A stretch of 60,044 nucleotides of DNA, the filler included. It is 4 parts of 4 records of this genome, joined end to end, with 100 filler letters (N's around TTAATTAATTAA, not from the genome) between each part and the next. Parts side by side here need not be neighbours in the genome. Positions count along the whole stretch, not along the records: positions 1 to 22,415 come from DRR723986_621; positions 22,516 to 37,732 come from DRR723986_624; 2 more parts are not named here. One strand, 5' to 3'. The notes beneath the pieces are model-generated. The model made no database searches, had not been told where the DNA came from, and saw only the letters and a program-made list of their open reading frames with translations. Of this stretch, positions 18,097 through 27,799 are shown one piece after another (the stretch's first letter is position 1; each line of letters opens with the position of its first letter). Both the position numbers and the translations under genes were made by a program.

Positions 18097-19420
18097 AATT
18101 ATTTTGAAAACTATTTTAAAAAATAGTAAATCTCCTATTGACGAAAACACAAAGGAAGTTGTAAAGAAATCAAAAAGTACAATCATAGTAAAAATTATTG
18201 GTTTAATTGCAGGTTTTTTAGTAAGTGTGTTTTTAGGTAGGACCTTAGGAGTTGAAGGCTTAGGTGTATTAAATCTGTCTTTAAAGATAATAGCTACTGT
18301 CATGGTTTTAAGTTTGTTAGGTTTGAATACAGTTGTTTTAAAAAATGTTTCAATTTCATTTGAAAATAAACAATTTGATAATGTGGCTAATCATTTATTT
18401 TCTGCTCTTTTTATTGTTATCCCGTTTACTATTTTATTATCAATTGGGATTTTATTATCTTCAAACTGGCTTAGTTTTTCGATATTTAAAACAGAAAAAT
18501 TATATTATCCATTAGTAATTTCATCAGGCGCTTTGATATTTCAGGTATTGGCAAGAATATATTCAGCAGGAATCAATGGATTTAGAAAAATTTGGCAAAG
18601 TAATTTAACCAATGAAACACTTAGTTTTTGCGTTATTCTTTGTGGGCTTATTGTTTTTCATTATGGTGGAATACCTATAAATTTGATTAATGTTAGTTTA
18701 CTTTTCGCTTTTAGTAGATTTTGTGTATTTCTCACTGTATTTATCTATTGGAATCAAATATTTATTTTTAGAGGTAAAAGAAAATTTGTGGGAAGGGAAA
18801 TGTTAATAGTTGGATTACCATTACTTCTAGTTTCAGCTAGTTCTCTAATTTCCAATAATACTGATTCCATTATGTTAGGGTGGTTGAGTTCTGCAAATGA
18901 AGTTGGTATTTACGTGGTAGCATCGAAATTAGGCTTAATGACTTCATTTTTTCACATAATTACGGTATCTACACTTTCTCCAAAGATTGCTTCCCTTTTT
19001 GGTTTGGGAGAATTGAAAAAGATGGAAATAATGGTACAAAAAGTCACATTGTTTTTGCTTTTAATAGCAATTTTAAGTACAATATTTTTCGCTATATTTG
19101 GAAAAAGTATACTAAGTTTTTGGGGAGACGAATTTGTTCAAGCATATATCCCACTTTTAATAATATCTATAGGTCAATTATTTAATATAGGGACAGGAGC
19201 TACTGGTATAATATTAATGATGACTGGATTTGAAAAAATTATTGGAAAAATAACTCTTAGTTTTGCTTTATTTAATATTTTATTAAATTTTATTCTTGTT
19301 CCAAAATTTGGAGCTATTGGTGCAGCTATTGCAACATCAATTTCATTGATATTTGAAAATATATTAAAATATCATTTTGTTAGATCAAAACTTTCAATAA
19401 GTACTATCAAAGGGATTTAA
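18083..19420 (+). CDS. wzx: Wzx-type flippase
   Basis: Multi-TM MOP-family pattern (LGRTLG, DSIMLG, VGIY, FGAIGAAIAT); exact start uncertain. Confidence 0.85.
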   Translation: MYIIEIILKTILKNSKSPIDENTKEVVKKSKSTIIVKIIGLIAGFLVSVFLGRTLGVEGLGVLNLSLKIIATVMVLSLLGLNTVVLKNVSISFENKQFDNVANHLFSALFIVIPFTILLSIGILLSSNWLSFSIFKTEKLYYPLVISSGALIFQVLARIYSAGINGFRKIWQSNLTNETLSFCVILCGLIVFHYGGIPINLINVSLLFAFSRFCVFLTVFIYWNQIFIFRGKRKFVGREMLIVGLPLLLVSASSLISNNTDSIMLGWLSSANEVGIYVVASKLGLMTSFFHIITVSTLSPKIASLFGLGELKKMEIMVQKVTLFLLLIAILSTIFFAIFGKSILSFWGDEFVQAYIPLLIISIGQLFNIGTGATGIILMMTGFEKIIGKITLSFALFNILLNFILVPKFGAIGAAIATSISLIFENILKYHFVRSKLSISTIKGI

Positions 19421-19425
19421 TAATT

Positions 19426-20379
19426 GTGAGACAAATTACACCCATATTTATAATTTCACTTCCTCGAAGTGGCTCTACATTGCTTCAACGATTGTTGATA
19501 AATCATTCCAAAATCAGTTCTATTTCTGAACCCTGGATTTTGCTTCCTCTTTTAAATTTGTATAATTTAGATAAAAAGGGAAATGCAATTTATAATGATT
19601 CATTTTCTTCAAAGGCTGTATATGAATTAATTAATAGATTATCTAATAAAGAATATTCTTATTTTGAATATGTAAATAAGCTAGTCACTTCAATTTATTC
19701 TAATCTTTCAGGCCCTGATTCAATTTATTTTATTGATAAAACTCCTCGATATTATCATATTATCAAGGATATTCATCATGTTTTTCCAAATGCTAAATTT
19801 ATCTTTCTTACAAGACACCCTCTTGGTGTTATTAATTCGGTTATGAAAACTTGGTTTTATGGTACTTTTCCAAAAACACAAGATCATTCTTTTGACATTG
19901 ACCATGGTTTTCAAGCGCTATTTCAAGGTTATGAATTATTAAAGGATAGGAGTATTCTTGTCAGGTACGAGGACCTTATTAATAATTCTGATATAGAATT
20001 AAACAAGATTTTCGATTATTTAAATCTTCCTTATCTTAAAAGTGATGATATTAATTTATTTTCTAATAAGTTGGAAGGTGGATTTGGAGATAAAACTGGT
20101 AAGAAGAAATATACTAATATTGATTCAAAGTCAATCAAAGGTTGGGAAATATATTTTAATTCATTTTTTGGTAGTTCTATAGCAAATAAAATCTATAATA
20201 AATTTTCTGTTGAAGAAAGATTTTTTTTTAATTTTAATAAACCTATTTTTAAGTTCCCATGGTATAAATTCGGTTTATTTATTTATTTCGATTATTATTT
20301 TTCTATTCTTATTTCCAAAACTAGTATATGGTATTATTTCGTTAGCATAAAAGACTACGTTAAATCCTTTCTAAAATAA
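19426..20379 (+). CDS. Sulfotransferase
   Basis: 5'-PSB motif PRSGSTLL, DKTP, 3'-PB-like RHPLGVINS and VRYEDL. Confidence 0.88.
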   Translation: MRQITPIFIISLPRSGSTLLQRLLINHSKISSISEPWILLPLLNLYNLDKKGNAIYNDSFSSKAVYELINRLSNKEYSYFEYVNKLVTSIYSNLSGPDSIYFIDKTPRYYHIIKDIHHVFPNAKFIFLTRHPLGVINSVMKTWFYGTFPKTQDHSFDIDHGFQALFQGYELLKDRSILVRYEDLINNSDIELNKIFDYLNLPYLKSDDINLFSNKLEGGFGDKTGKKKYTNIDSKSIKGWEIYFNSFFGSSIANKIYNKFSVEERFFFNFNKPIFKFPWYKFGLFIYFDYYFSILISKTSIWYYFVSIKDYVKSFLK

Positions 20380-20381
20380 AC

Positions 20382-21575
20382 ATGAATTATATTATAAATA
20401 AGAGACTATTTAATGTATTATTTTATCTATTAATTTTATCTATTCCACTAACTAGTATACAGTTAACTTCTTTATCTATATCTCCCAATACCTTATTGAT
20501 TTTAGTATTTTCAATACTTCTTTTCATTAATTTTATTCTAAATGGATTTACGATTTCTTCTCTTGCTTTAAAAATTTCTGTAATTTCATTTCTGTATTTT
20601 TTTGTTTTATTATTCCGATTTGATATTTATTTTTCTGATTTTTCTGTGATTACTTCGTATTTAATTAAATATTTGGCATTTATTTCTATCTTTATTTATT
20701 TTAATTATAATGATCACTATAAAACTTTAATTATCTTGTTAATAATTAATCTATTTATAGTCAGTATTGGTTTTGGTCTCATACAATATGGAATTATAGA
20801 TCCAGTTCGAACTCAAAATGCGAGAGCTGGATTTGAGGAGTTTAGAACAACAGGGATTCTTAGTAATTTTGGTGATATTACTATTATAAATTCAATTGTT
20901 TTTCTTTTAATTTTATTTCCTAAATTGTTTAAGAATAATTTTCTTTATTTATTTTTTATTTTATTAACTATTTTTGAAACTTTTATTGTTTTGTTTTTTT
21001 CACAAAGTAGAAATTTACTTTTGTCTCTAATTATGGCTTTATTGTTTAAATTTTTTATATTATTCTTAAGGATTAAAAATATATTTTTAAAAATATTTGT
21101 ATATATATTGTTACTGTTTGTGGCTACAGTTTTACTCTTATATATTCCATTAGATGTTATTGGTAATTCTGATTTTTATGATACTGGCCGTATTACTCAA
21201 TATTCTCGTGCTTTCGATCAATTTTTTAGTAATCCAATAATTGGAAATGGTTTTGGTTACTATCAATATATTTATAATTCTGATTGGGATGTACATAATT
21301 TGTTTATTAATTCGCTTCAAAATACTGGTTTTATAGGTTTGGTTTTTCTATTTATGATTTCAATCTATCCTTTTATTAAATTATTGAAATATTTAATTAA
21401 TAGGTACAAATTTTTAAATGATTCCTTAAATTTAAATTACTTGGAATTCTATTTGATTTCCTTTTTTATTGTTCTTTTAGCAGTTCAATTTTTTCCTGGT
21501 CATAATTCAATTGTATTTTGGTCATATTTAGGGATGTTTGTCTCTATTTCATTAAAGAATAAATATGTTATTTAG
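20382..21575 (+). CDS. Wzy polymerase / O-antigen ligase-like membrane protein
   Basis: Many TM segments with SQSR, PIIGNGFG and HN motifs. Confidence 0.8.
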   Translation: MNYIINKRLFNVLFYLLILSIPLTSIQLTSLSISPNTLLILVFSILLFINFILNGFTISSLALKISVISFLYFFVLLFRFDIYFSDFSVITSYLIKYLAFISIFIYFNYNDHYKTLIILLIINLFIVSIGFGLIQYGIIDPVRTQNARAGFEEFRTTGILSNFGDITIINSIVFLLILFPKLFKNNFLYLFFILLTIFETFIVLFFSQSRNLLLSLIMALLFKFFILFLRIKNIFLKIFVYILLLFVATVLLLYIPLDVIGNSDFYDTGRITQYSRAFDQFFSNPIIGNGFGYYQYIYNSDWDVHNLFINSLQNTGFIGLVFLFMISIYPFIKLLKYLINRYKFLNDSLNLNYLEFYLISFFIVLLAVQFFPGHNSIVFWSYLGMFVSISLKNKYVI

Positions 21576-22386
21576 TTTAATTACCGTAACCTATAATGCT
21601 GAATCTAGTATCCGTAAGACTTTGGATAGTGTAACAAATCAATCATATAATGATTTTGAATTAATTATTATTGATGGTAATTCTAATGATAACACTTTAG
21701 AAATTATTAAGTCATATAGAGATTTGGTTTCTATTGTAATTAGTGAACCAGATTCTGGTATTTATGATGCTATGAATAAAGGGATTCGGTTAGCAAAAGG
21801 TGATTGGCTTTTCTTTCTAAATTCTGGTGATTATTTTTATAATTTTGATGTTCTGTCTAAATTAAGTAGTGAAATAAATCTTAATAAAAATCAAAATTTT
21901 CAACTTTTTTATGGTAAATCTATATTGTTTAGTGATCTTTTAAATATTTCTCTTATCAAAGGTAGGGAAATATCTATTAAAGATATGTATTTTGATATGC
22001 CAATTATTCACCAATCTATATTTTTTTCGAGGCAATCTTTTTTAACTATAAAAGAATTTGATATTTCTTTTAAAAGAAGTGCAGATCATAATTGGTTAGT
22101 ACAATTTTTTATTTCTGGAGGTAAGGCTAAATTCATAGATCAAATTATTTCTTATTATGAAATTGAAAGTTTTTCTTCCAATTCTATATGGATTCGTAAA
22201 TATGAGAAGCTTAAGATTTCATTAAAATATTTTAATATTAGAGTTAAATCTATAGCTATAATAAAATTTAGTTATTATATTATTCGTGCGTTTTTGTTTA
22301 ATTTTTTTGTTCCAAGAAATTTTAAAAATCATATATCTAGGAAAAGGTTTAATAATAAAAAAAAACTTACCAAAGCTAATTTATAA
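21565..22386 (+). CDS. GT2 glycosyltransferase (WcaE-like)
   Basis: IIIDGNSND, SEPDSGIYDAMNKG and FLNSGD motifs. Confidence 0.9.
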   Translation: MLFSLITVTYNAESSIRKTLDSVTNQSYNDFELIIIDGNSNDNTLEIIKSYRDLVSIVISEPDSGIYDAMNKGIRLAKGDWLFFLNSGDYFYNFDVLSKLSSEINLNKNQNFQLFYGKSILFSDLLNISLIKGREISIKDMYFDMPIIHQSIFFSRQSFLTIKEFDISFKRSADHNWLVQFFISGGKAKFIDQIISYYEIESFSSNSIWIRKYEKLKISLKYFNIRVKSIAIIKFSYYIIRAFLFNFFVPRNFKNHISRKRFNNKKKLTKANL

Positions 22387-22415
22387 ATATTAAAATGTCT
22401 AAGGTTTTATTGATG

Positions 22416-22515
22416 NNNNNNNNNNNNNNNNNNNNNNNNNNNNNNNNNNNNNNNNNNNNTTAATTAATTAANNNNNNNNNNNNNNNNNNNNNNNNNNNNN
22501 NNNNNNNNNNNNNNN
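22416..22515. other. Artificial contig linker
   Basis: N-run, TTAATTAATTAA (stops in six frames), N-run; composition changes across it. Confidence 0.97.
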
Positions 22516-22545
22516 CCGTAGGTTCGAATCCTACCACCCCAGCCA
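22516..22545 (+). tRNA. 3' fragment of a tRNA, probably tRNA-Gln
   Basis: T-arm GTAGG-TTCGAAT-CCTAC plus acceptor strand ending CCA; anticodon not visible. Confidence 0.75.
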
Positions 22546-22658
22546 CTTTTTCCTGAAATAGAAATGACGATGCGCCAAGGTGCTGGCATGCCCATGGGTT
22601 TGGTAACAGGGCGATGCACAGCCATATCTGCGCCACATCCGCCACAGGCGGTGCGCCC

Positions 22659-22688
22659 CTCTGTGCCCCTCTGTGCCACTCTGTGCCG
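22659..22688. repeat. 10-nt tandem repeat CTCTGTGCCN x3
   Basis: Read directly. Confidence 0.8.
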
Positions 22689-22698
22689 ATGCGAGGCG

Positions 22699-24024
22699 TT
22701 ATTGGCTTAGGGCTATCTCCAGCGCGCGGCCCAGTTTTTCAACCAGCTCTGCGATTTCGGCATCGCTGATGATAAAGGGCGGCGCCAAAAGCACATGATC
22801 GCCCTGCACCCCATCGATCGTGCCGCCCATCGGGTAGCAAATCAGCCCCTGGGCAAAGGCTGCGGCCTTGATCTTGGCGTGCAGTTTGCGGCTGGGCGCA
22901 AAGGGCGCTTTGGTGTTGCGGTCGGCCACCAGTTCTAGCCCGCGAAACAGGCCACGCCCGCGAATATCTCCCACATGCGGATGCTGGCCGAAGGCCGCTT
23001 CCAAGGCAGATTGCAACGCCGCACCCTTTTGGCGCACCTGCGCTAGCAGATTGTTGTCTTCGATCTCGCTGAGCACCGCATTGGCGGCGGCGGCGGCCAT
23101 AGCGTGGCCCATATAGGTATGACCATGCTGGAAAAACCCACTGCCCTTGGCGATAGCATCATAGATATGGCCCTGCACCAACAAGGCGCCAATGGGCTGA
23201 TAGCCCGCACCCAGCCCTTTGGCGATGGTGATCATATCGGGCGCCACGCCATCCTCGGCGCAGGCAAATAAATGCCCTGTGCGCCCCATGCCGCACATCA
23301 CCTCGTCAAAGATCAGCAGCACGCCATGGGTGTCGCAAATATCACGGATGCGCTGCAAATAGCCCGGCACCGCGGGCACAGCGCCGGCTGTGGCGCCCAC
23401 CACGGGCTCGGCCACAAAGGCCATAACGGTATCGGGGCCCAGGCGCTGAATTTCGGCCTCTAGTTCGTTTGCCACGCGTTGCCCATAGGCGTGCAGGCTT
23501 TCGCCCGGTTCCTGGCCGCGATAGGCGTAACAGGGCGCGATATGGCTGGTTTCGGTAAGCAGCGGCGCAAATTGCGCGCGGCGCCATTCATTGCCGCCCG
23601 CCGCCAGCGCCCCCAATGTATTGCCATGATAGCTTTGGCGCCGCGCAATCACCCGGTGGCGCTGGGGCTGGCCGATTTCCATGAAATACTGCCGCGCCAA
23701 TTTCAGCGCCGCCTCTACCGCCTCGGACCCGCCCGACACGAAATAGGCCCGCGAAATACCCGCAGGCGCCGCGGCACACAGCCGATCTGCCAGCTGCTCG
23801 GCCGGTTGCGAGGTGAAAAACCCCGTATGCGCAAAGGCCAGCTGATCAAGCTGCGCATGCAACGCCGCGCGCACCCGGGCGTTGGAATGGCCCAAGCAAC
23901 TGACCGCCGCACCGCCCGAGGCATCGAGATAGCGTTTGCCATCGGCATCGATCAGGTAACACCCCTGCCCCGCAACCGCCACAGGCATGGCACCAGCGGT
24001 AGAGCGACCAAAGACATGAGACAT
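22699..24024 (-). CDS. Class III PLP-dependent aminotransferase
   Basis: SGGSEAVE, SYHG, AEPVVG, FDEVMCG, AKGLGAGY and HGHTY motifs; start MSHVF after GGAG. Confidence 0.92.
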   Translation of the reverse strand: MSHVFGRSTAGAMPVAVAGQGCYLIDADGKRYLDASGGAAVSCLGHSNARVRAALHAQLDQLAFAHTGFFTSQPAEQLADRLCAAAPAGISRAYFVSGGSEAVEAALKLARQYFMEIGQPQRHRVIARRQSYHGNTLGALAAGGNEWRRAQFAPLLTETSHIAPCYAYRGQEPGESLHAYGQRVANELEAEIQRLGPDTVMAFVAEPVVGATAGAVPAVPGYLQRIRDICDTHGVLLIFDEVMCGMGRTGHLFACAEDGVAPDMITIAKGLGAGYQPIGALLVQGHIYDAIAKGSGFFQHGHTYMGHAMAAAAANAVLSEIEDNNLLAQVRQKGAALQSALEAAFGQHPHVGDIRGRGLFRGLELVADRNTKAPFAPSRKLHAKIKAAAFAQGLICYPMGGTIDGVQGDHVLLAPPFIISDAEIAELVEKLGRALEIALSQ

Positions 24025-24034
24025 CTGCAGCTCC

Positions 24035-26626
24035 TTAAAAGGCGGGCACGGTTTGGCGCCGCCGTTGTGCAAAGATGACCAGCCCCAACAACAGCAAGGC
24101 CGGGATATAGAATATTTCCTTTGCCGGGCGCGAAACCGGCAGTTCCACCCGCGCCATCACCACGGGCTGATCGCCGTAGAAATCGAAATTCTGGAAGGTT
24201 TCGAAAAACGGCGTGCCCACGAACGGCTCGAGCAAGGCGCCGGTATCGGGGTCGTCCAAATCCAGGCCCGCATCCCGCAGGCGCACCACCGGATCTGCGC
24301 CCGCCCCCAGCACCACCGGCACGGTTTGGCGCAACAGCTTGTCGGGCTTGTCGAAATCTGGCCCCTCAACCACCACACGCAGCTCTTGGCCCGGGGGCAG
24401 CAGCGCCAGTTCGGCCACGGCCTGTGGGCCGCTGAAATAGGCATAGGGCGCAATGGCGCGATCCAGCCAAAAGCCGGGGCGCAGCAAGGTCAGCGCCACC
24501 AGCAACAGCGCCAGGCTTTCCCACCACCGGCTGGGGGCCAGAAAATAGCGCTGGGTGGCCGCCGCAAAAAGCAGCATGGCGATGGCCGCCACAATGGCGA
24601 TGAACACCGCGCGCAGCGGGCCCACATCGATCAGCAGCAATTCGGTGTTGAAGATAAACAAAAACGGCAGCAGCGCGGTGCGAATATCATAGGCAAAGCC
24701 CTGAATGCCGGTTTTGATCGGGTCGCCCTGCGATATGGCCGCCGCGGCAAAGGCTGCCAACCCCACGGGCGGCGTGTCATCGGCCAAGATACCAAAGTAG
24801 AACACAAATAAATGCACTGCGACCAAAGGCACCACCAGCCCCGATTGCGCCCCCACCTGCACAATCACCGGCGCCATCAGCGACGAGACGACAATGTAAT
24901 TGGCCGTTGTGGGCAGGCCCATGCCCAAAATCAGGCTCATGACCGCCACCAAAACCAGCATGGCCATCAGGTTGCCGCCCGATAAAAACTCGACGAATTC
25001 GCCGATCACCTGATGCGCACCGGTCAGCGATACGGTGCCCACAATCACCCCCGCAGCCCCCGTGGCCACGCCAATGCCAATCATGTTGCGTGCGCCTGCA
25101 ATCATGCCTTGGAAAAACTCTGCCCCACCGCGGGCAAACCCGGCCCGCCAGGCAGGCTGGCCCCGCAGCGCCTGTTTCAGCGGGTGTTGCGTGAGCACGA
25201 TCACAATCATCACGCTGGTGGCCCAAAAGGCCGACAGGCTGGGCGACAGCCGTTCAACCATGATGTTCCACACCAAAACCACGATGGGCAAAAGAAAATG
25301 CAACCCCGTCACCGCCACGCTGCCCGGGCGGGGCAATGGCTGGTCTGGGTCCAGATCGGCGGGCAGATCGGGGAATTTTGCGGCAATGGCAATCAGCACC
25401 ATATACGCCAGCCCCACCACCAGCGCGCCGGGCACCGGCAACAGCCCCTGCGCCCAGCCCAGCGCAAATTTCACCCCAAAGGCCAGTGCTGCCATGGCCA
25501 AAAAGCCAAACAGCGCGCCTGTGAGGCGGCGCAACAGCCCATGGCGGGCGGGCACACGGGCCACGCCCTGCAGCCCCAGCTTCAGCGCCTCAAGATGCAC
25601 GATGTAAATCAGCGCCAGATAGGAAATGGCGGCGGGCAAGATCGCATGTTTGATCAATTCGGGGTAGCTGACGCCGGTGAATTCCGAAATCAAGAACGCC
25701 GCAGCCCCCATCACCGGCGGGGTCAATTGCCCGTTGGTAGAGGATGCCACCTCGACCGCGCCGGCACGCTCGGGGCTAAAGCCTGTGCGCTTCATCAAGG
25801 GAATGGTAAAGGTGCCGGTTGTCACCACATTGGCGATGGACGAGCCAGAATAAAGCCCCGATGCAGCCGACGCCACCACAGCCGCCTTGGCAGGCCCCCC
25901 GCGCAAATGGCCCAAGCCGGCAAAGGCCAGCTGCACAAAGTAATTTCCAGCCCCCGCTTTTTCCAAAAACGCGCCAAAAAGCACGAATAAAAAGATCATC
26001 GAGGCGGCAACGCCCAGCGCCACACCAAACACACCCTCGGTTTGCATCCAGTAATGCCAAAGCGCCTTGCCAAACGAGGCGCCTTTCCACTGAATAGCCT
26101 CGGGCAGCAGGGGGCTGTGGCCAAAAAAGACATACAGAACAAAGACCGAGGCCACGATCACCAGCGGCAGGCCCAAGGCGCGATAAACCGCAATGCCCAG
26201 GCTAATCATCCCCATCACAGACACCACCAGATCGGCGGTGGTGGGCAGGCCCGCCCGGTCGGCGATGGCTGATTTGTTGATCAACAAATATAAACAGCTG
26301 GCCGCCCCCATAAGCGCCAAGGCCCAATCAAACGCGGGCACGCGCGCCCGCTGAGTGGGGCTGTTTTTGAACAGGGGAAAGGCAAGCATCGCCAAGACCA
26401 GCGCAAAGGCCAGGTGGATTTGGCGCATTTCCTGGTTGTTAAACACCAGGTTCACGCCCAGGTGTTGGCTTAGCCAAAAGGGCACCGCCGAGGCCATATA
26501 AAGCTGAAAGGCCGACCAGCTGAACGCCAGGGTCAAAAACACCCGCGCCACCCAACCATGGGGCGTGCGGGCGCCGGTTTCGACCGTTGCCACCAGTTCT
26601 TCTGCCGCGCTTTGTGCCTTGGCCAT
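24035..26626 (-). CDS. TRAP transporter 4TM/12TM fused permease
   Basis: GGPAKAAV, PPVMGAAAF, GMGLPTTANY and DDTPPV motifs. Confidence 0.93.
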   Translation of the reverse strand: MAKAQSAAEELVATVETGARTPHGWVARVFLTLAFSWSAFQLYMASAVPFWLSQHLGVNLVFNNQEMRQIHLAFALVLAMLAFPLFKNSPTQRARVPAFDWALALMGAASCLYLLINKSAIADRAGLPTTADLVVSVMGMISLGIAVYRALGLPLVIVASVFVLYVFFGHSPLLPEAIQWKGASFGKALWHYWMQTEGVFGVALGVAASMIFLFVLFGAFLEKAGAGNYFVQLAFAGLGHLRGGPAKAAVVASAASGLYSGSSIANVVTTGTFTIPLMKRTGFSPERAGAVEVASSTNGQLTPPVMGAAAFLISEFTGVSYPELIKHAILPAAISYLALIYIVHLEALKLGLQGVARVPARHGLLRRLTGALFGFLAMAALAFGVKFALGWAQGLLPVPGALVVGLAYMVLIAIAAKFPDLPADLDPDQPLPRPGSVAVTGLHFLLPIVVLVWNIMVERLSPSLSAFWATSVMIVIVLTQHPLKQALRGQPAWRAGFARGGAEFFQGMIAGARNMIGIGVATGAAGVIVGTVSLTGAHQVIGEFVEFLSGGNLMAMLVLVAVMSLILGMGLPTTANYIVVSSLMAPVIVQVGAQSGLVVPLVAVHLFVFYFGILADDTPPVGLAAFAAAAISQGDPIKTGIQGFAYDIRTALLPFLFIFNTELLLIDVGPLRAVFIAIVAAIAMLLFAAATQRYFLAPSRWWESLALLLVALTLLRPGFWLDRAIAPYAYFSGPQAVAELALLPPGQELRVVVEGPDFDKPDKLLRQTVPVVLGAGADPVVRLRDAGLDLDDPDTGALLEPFVGTPFFETFQNFDFYGDQPVVMARVELPVSRPAKEIFYIPALLLLGLVIFAQRRRQTVPAF

Positions 26627-26642
26627 AAAGCCCCCTTTCCAA

Positions 26643-26670
26643 AAGGCCCCGCGGATATGCCGCGGGGCCT
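26643..26670 (-). terminator. Hairpin between the TAXI receptor and permease genes
   Basis: AGGCCCCGCGG-ATATG-CCGCGGGGCCT followed by TTT on the minus strand. Confidence 0.6.
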
Positions 26671-26694
26671 GTCAGTGTTGCCAAATGGCCCGGC

Positions 26695-27654
26695 TTATTT
26701 CCAGCCGCGTTCTTGGTAGTATTTCATCGCCCCGTCATGCAAAGGCGCCGACAGGCCATCGGAAATCATTTCCGCCTCTTTCAAGGCCGAAAACGCGGGG
26801 TGCAGTTTTTTGAAATCTTCAAAGTTGTCAAACACCGCTTTGACAATGGTGTAGACCACTTTTTCCGACACATCGGCTGAGGTGACAAAGGTTGCCCCCA
26901 CGCCAAAGGTGGTGGTGTCGCCATCAGTGCCCTTATAGGTGCCGCCCGGAATGGTGGCGACGCGGTAAAACGGGTTTTCGGCCACCAGTTTGTCAATGGG
27001 CGCGCCTGTCACCGATACCAGCGATACGTCACAGGTGGTGGCGGCCTCGGTGATGGCGGCGGCGGGGTGGCCGATGGTGTAGATCATTGCATCGATCTTG
27101 CCATCGCACAGCGCCTGCGCCATTTCGCTGCCCTTCAATTCGGCGGCCAGGGCAAAATCGCTCATCTGCATGCCAAAGGCATCCATCACCACTTCCATCG
27201 TGGCGCGCTGGCCCGAGCCGGGGTTGCCCACGTTCACTTTCTGGCCTTTCAGCGCCTCAAAGCTGTCGATGCCGCTGCCATTGCGCACCACCAGCGTAAA
27301 CGGCTCGGGGTGCACCGAGAACACCGCGCGTAGGCCCTCGAACGCGCCTTGATCGGCAAATTTCGACGTGCCGTTATAGGCGTGATACTGCCAATCCGAT
27401 TGCGCCACGCCAAATTCCAGCTCGCCGGCGCGCACGGTGTTGATGTTATACACCGACCCACCCGTAGATTCGACCGAGCAGCGGATGCCATGCTCTTTGC
27501 GGTCTTTGTTGACCAGACGGCAAATTGCGCCGCCCGTGGGGTAATACACGCCCGTCACACCGCCGGTGCCGATCGAGACAAATTGCTGCTGGGCAAAGGC
27601 CGGTGCTGCGGCCAGGGCGAATGCGGCGCCAATGGCAAAGCTTGTCAGTTTCAT
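26695..27654 (-). CDS. TAXI-family TRAP solute-binding protein
   Basis: Signal peptide, [20 protein letters not shown] and PLHDGA motifs. Confidence 0.93.
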   Translation of the reverse strand: MKLTSFAIGAAFALAAAPAFAQQQFVSIGTGGVTGVYYPTGGAICRLVNKDRKEHGIRCSVESTGGSVYNINTVRAGELEFGVAQSDWQYHAYNGTSKFADQGAFEGLRAVFSVHPEPFTLVVRNGSGIDSFEALKGQKVNVGNPGSGQRATMEVVMDAFGMQMSDFALAAELKGSEMAQALCDGKIDAMIYTIGHPAAAITEAATTCDVSLVSVTGAPIDKLVAENPFYRVATIPGGTYKGTDGDTTTFGVGATFVTSADVSEKVVYTIVKAVFDNFEDFKKLHPAFSALKEAEMISDGLSAPLHDGAMKYYQERGWK

Positions 27655-27799
27655 CGTGGTCCTCTCTGCTGATTATGGGTTGGTAACTAAGACTATAATG
27701 CAAACGTGATATTTTCTGGCATAAAACAATGCAAATGTTTTATTTTGCGCATAGCGGCCCATATGGCATAAGTGCCAAGCCATGGCCAAAGGGGGCGAG

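Noticed and set aside
22460-22471. TTAATTAATTAA as a biological repeat
   Set aside because: Standard six-frame-stop assembly linker embedded in Ns, present three times
22659-22688. 10-nt triple repeat as an att or regulatory site
   Set aside because: No integrase nearby and no second copy; most simply local slippage
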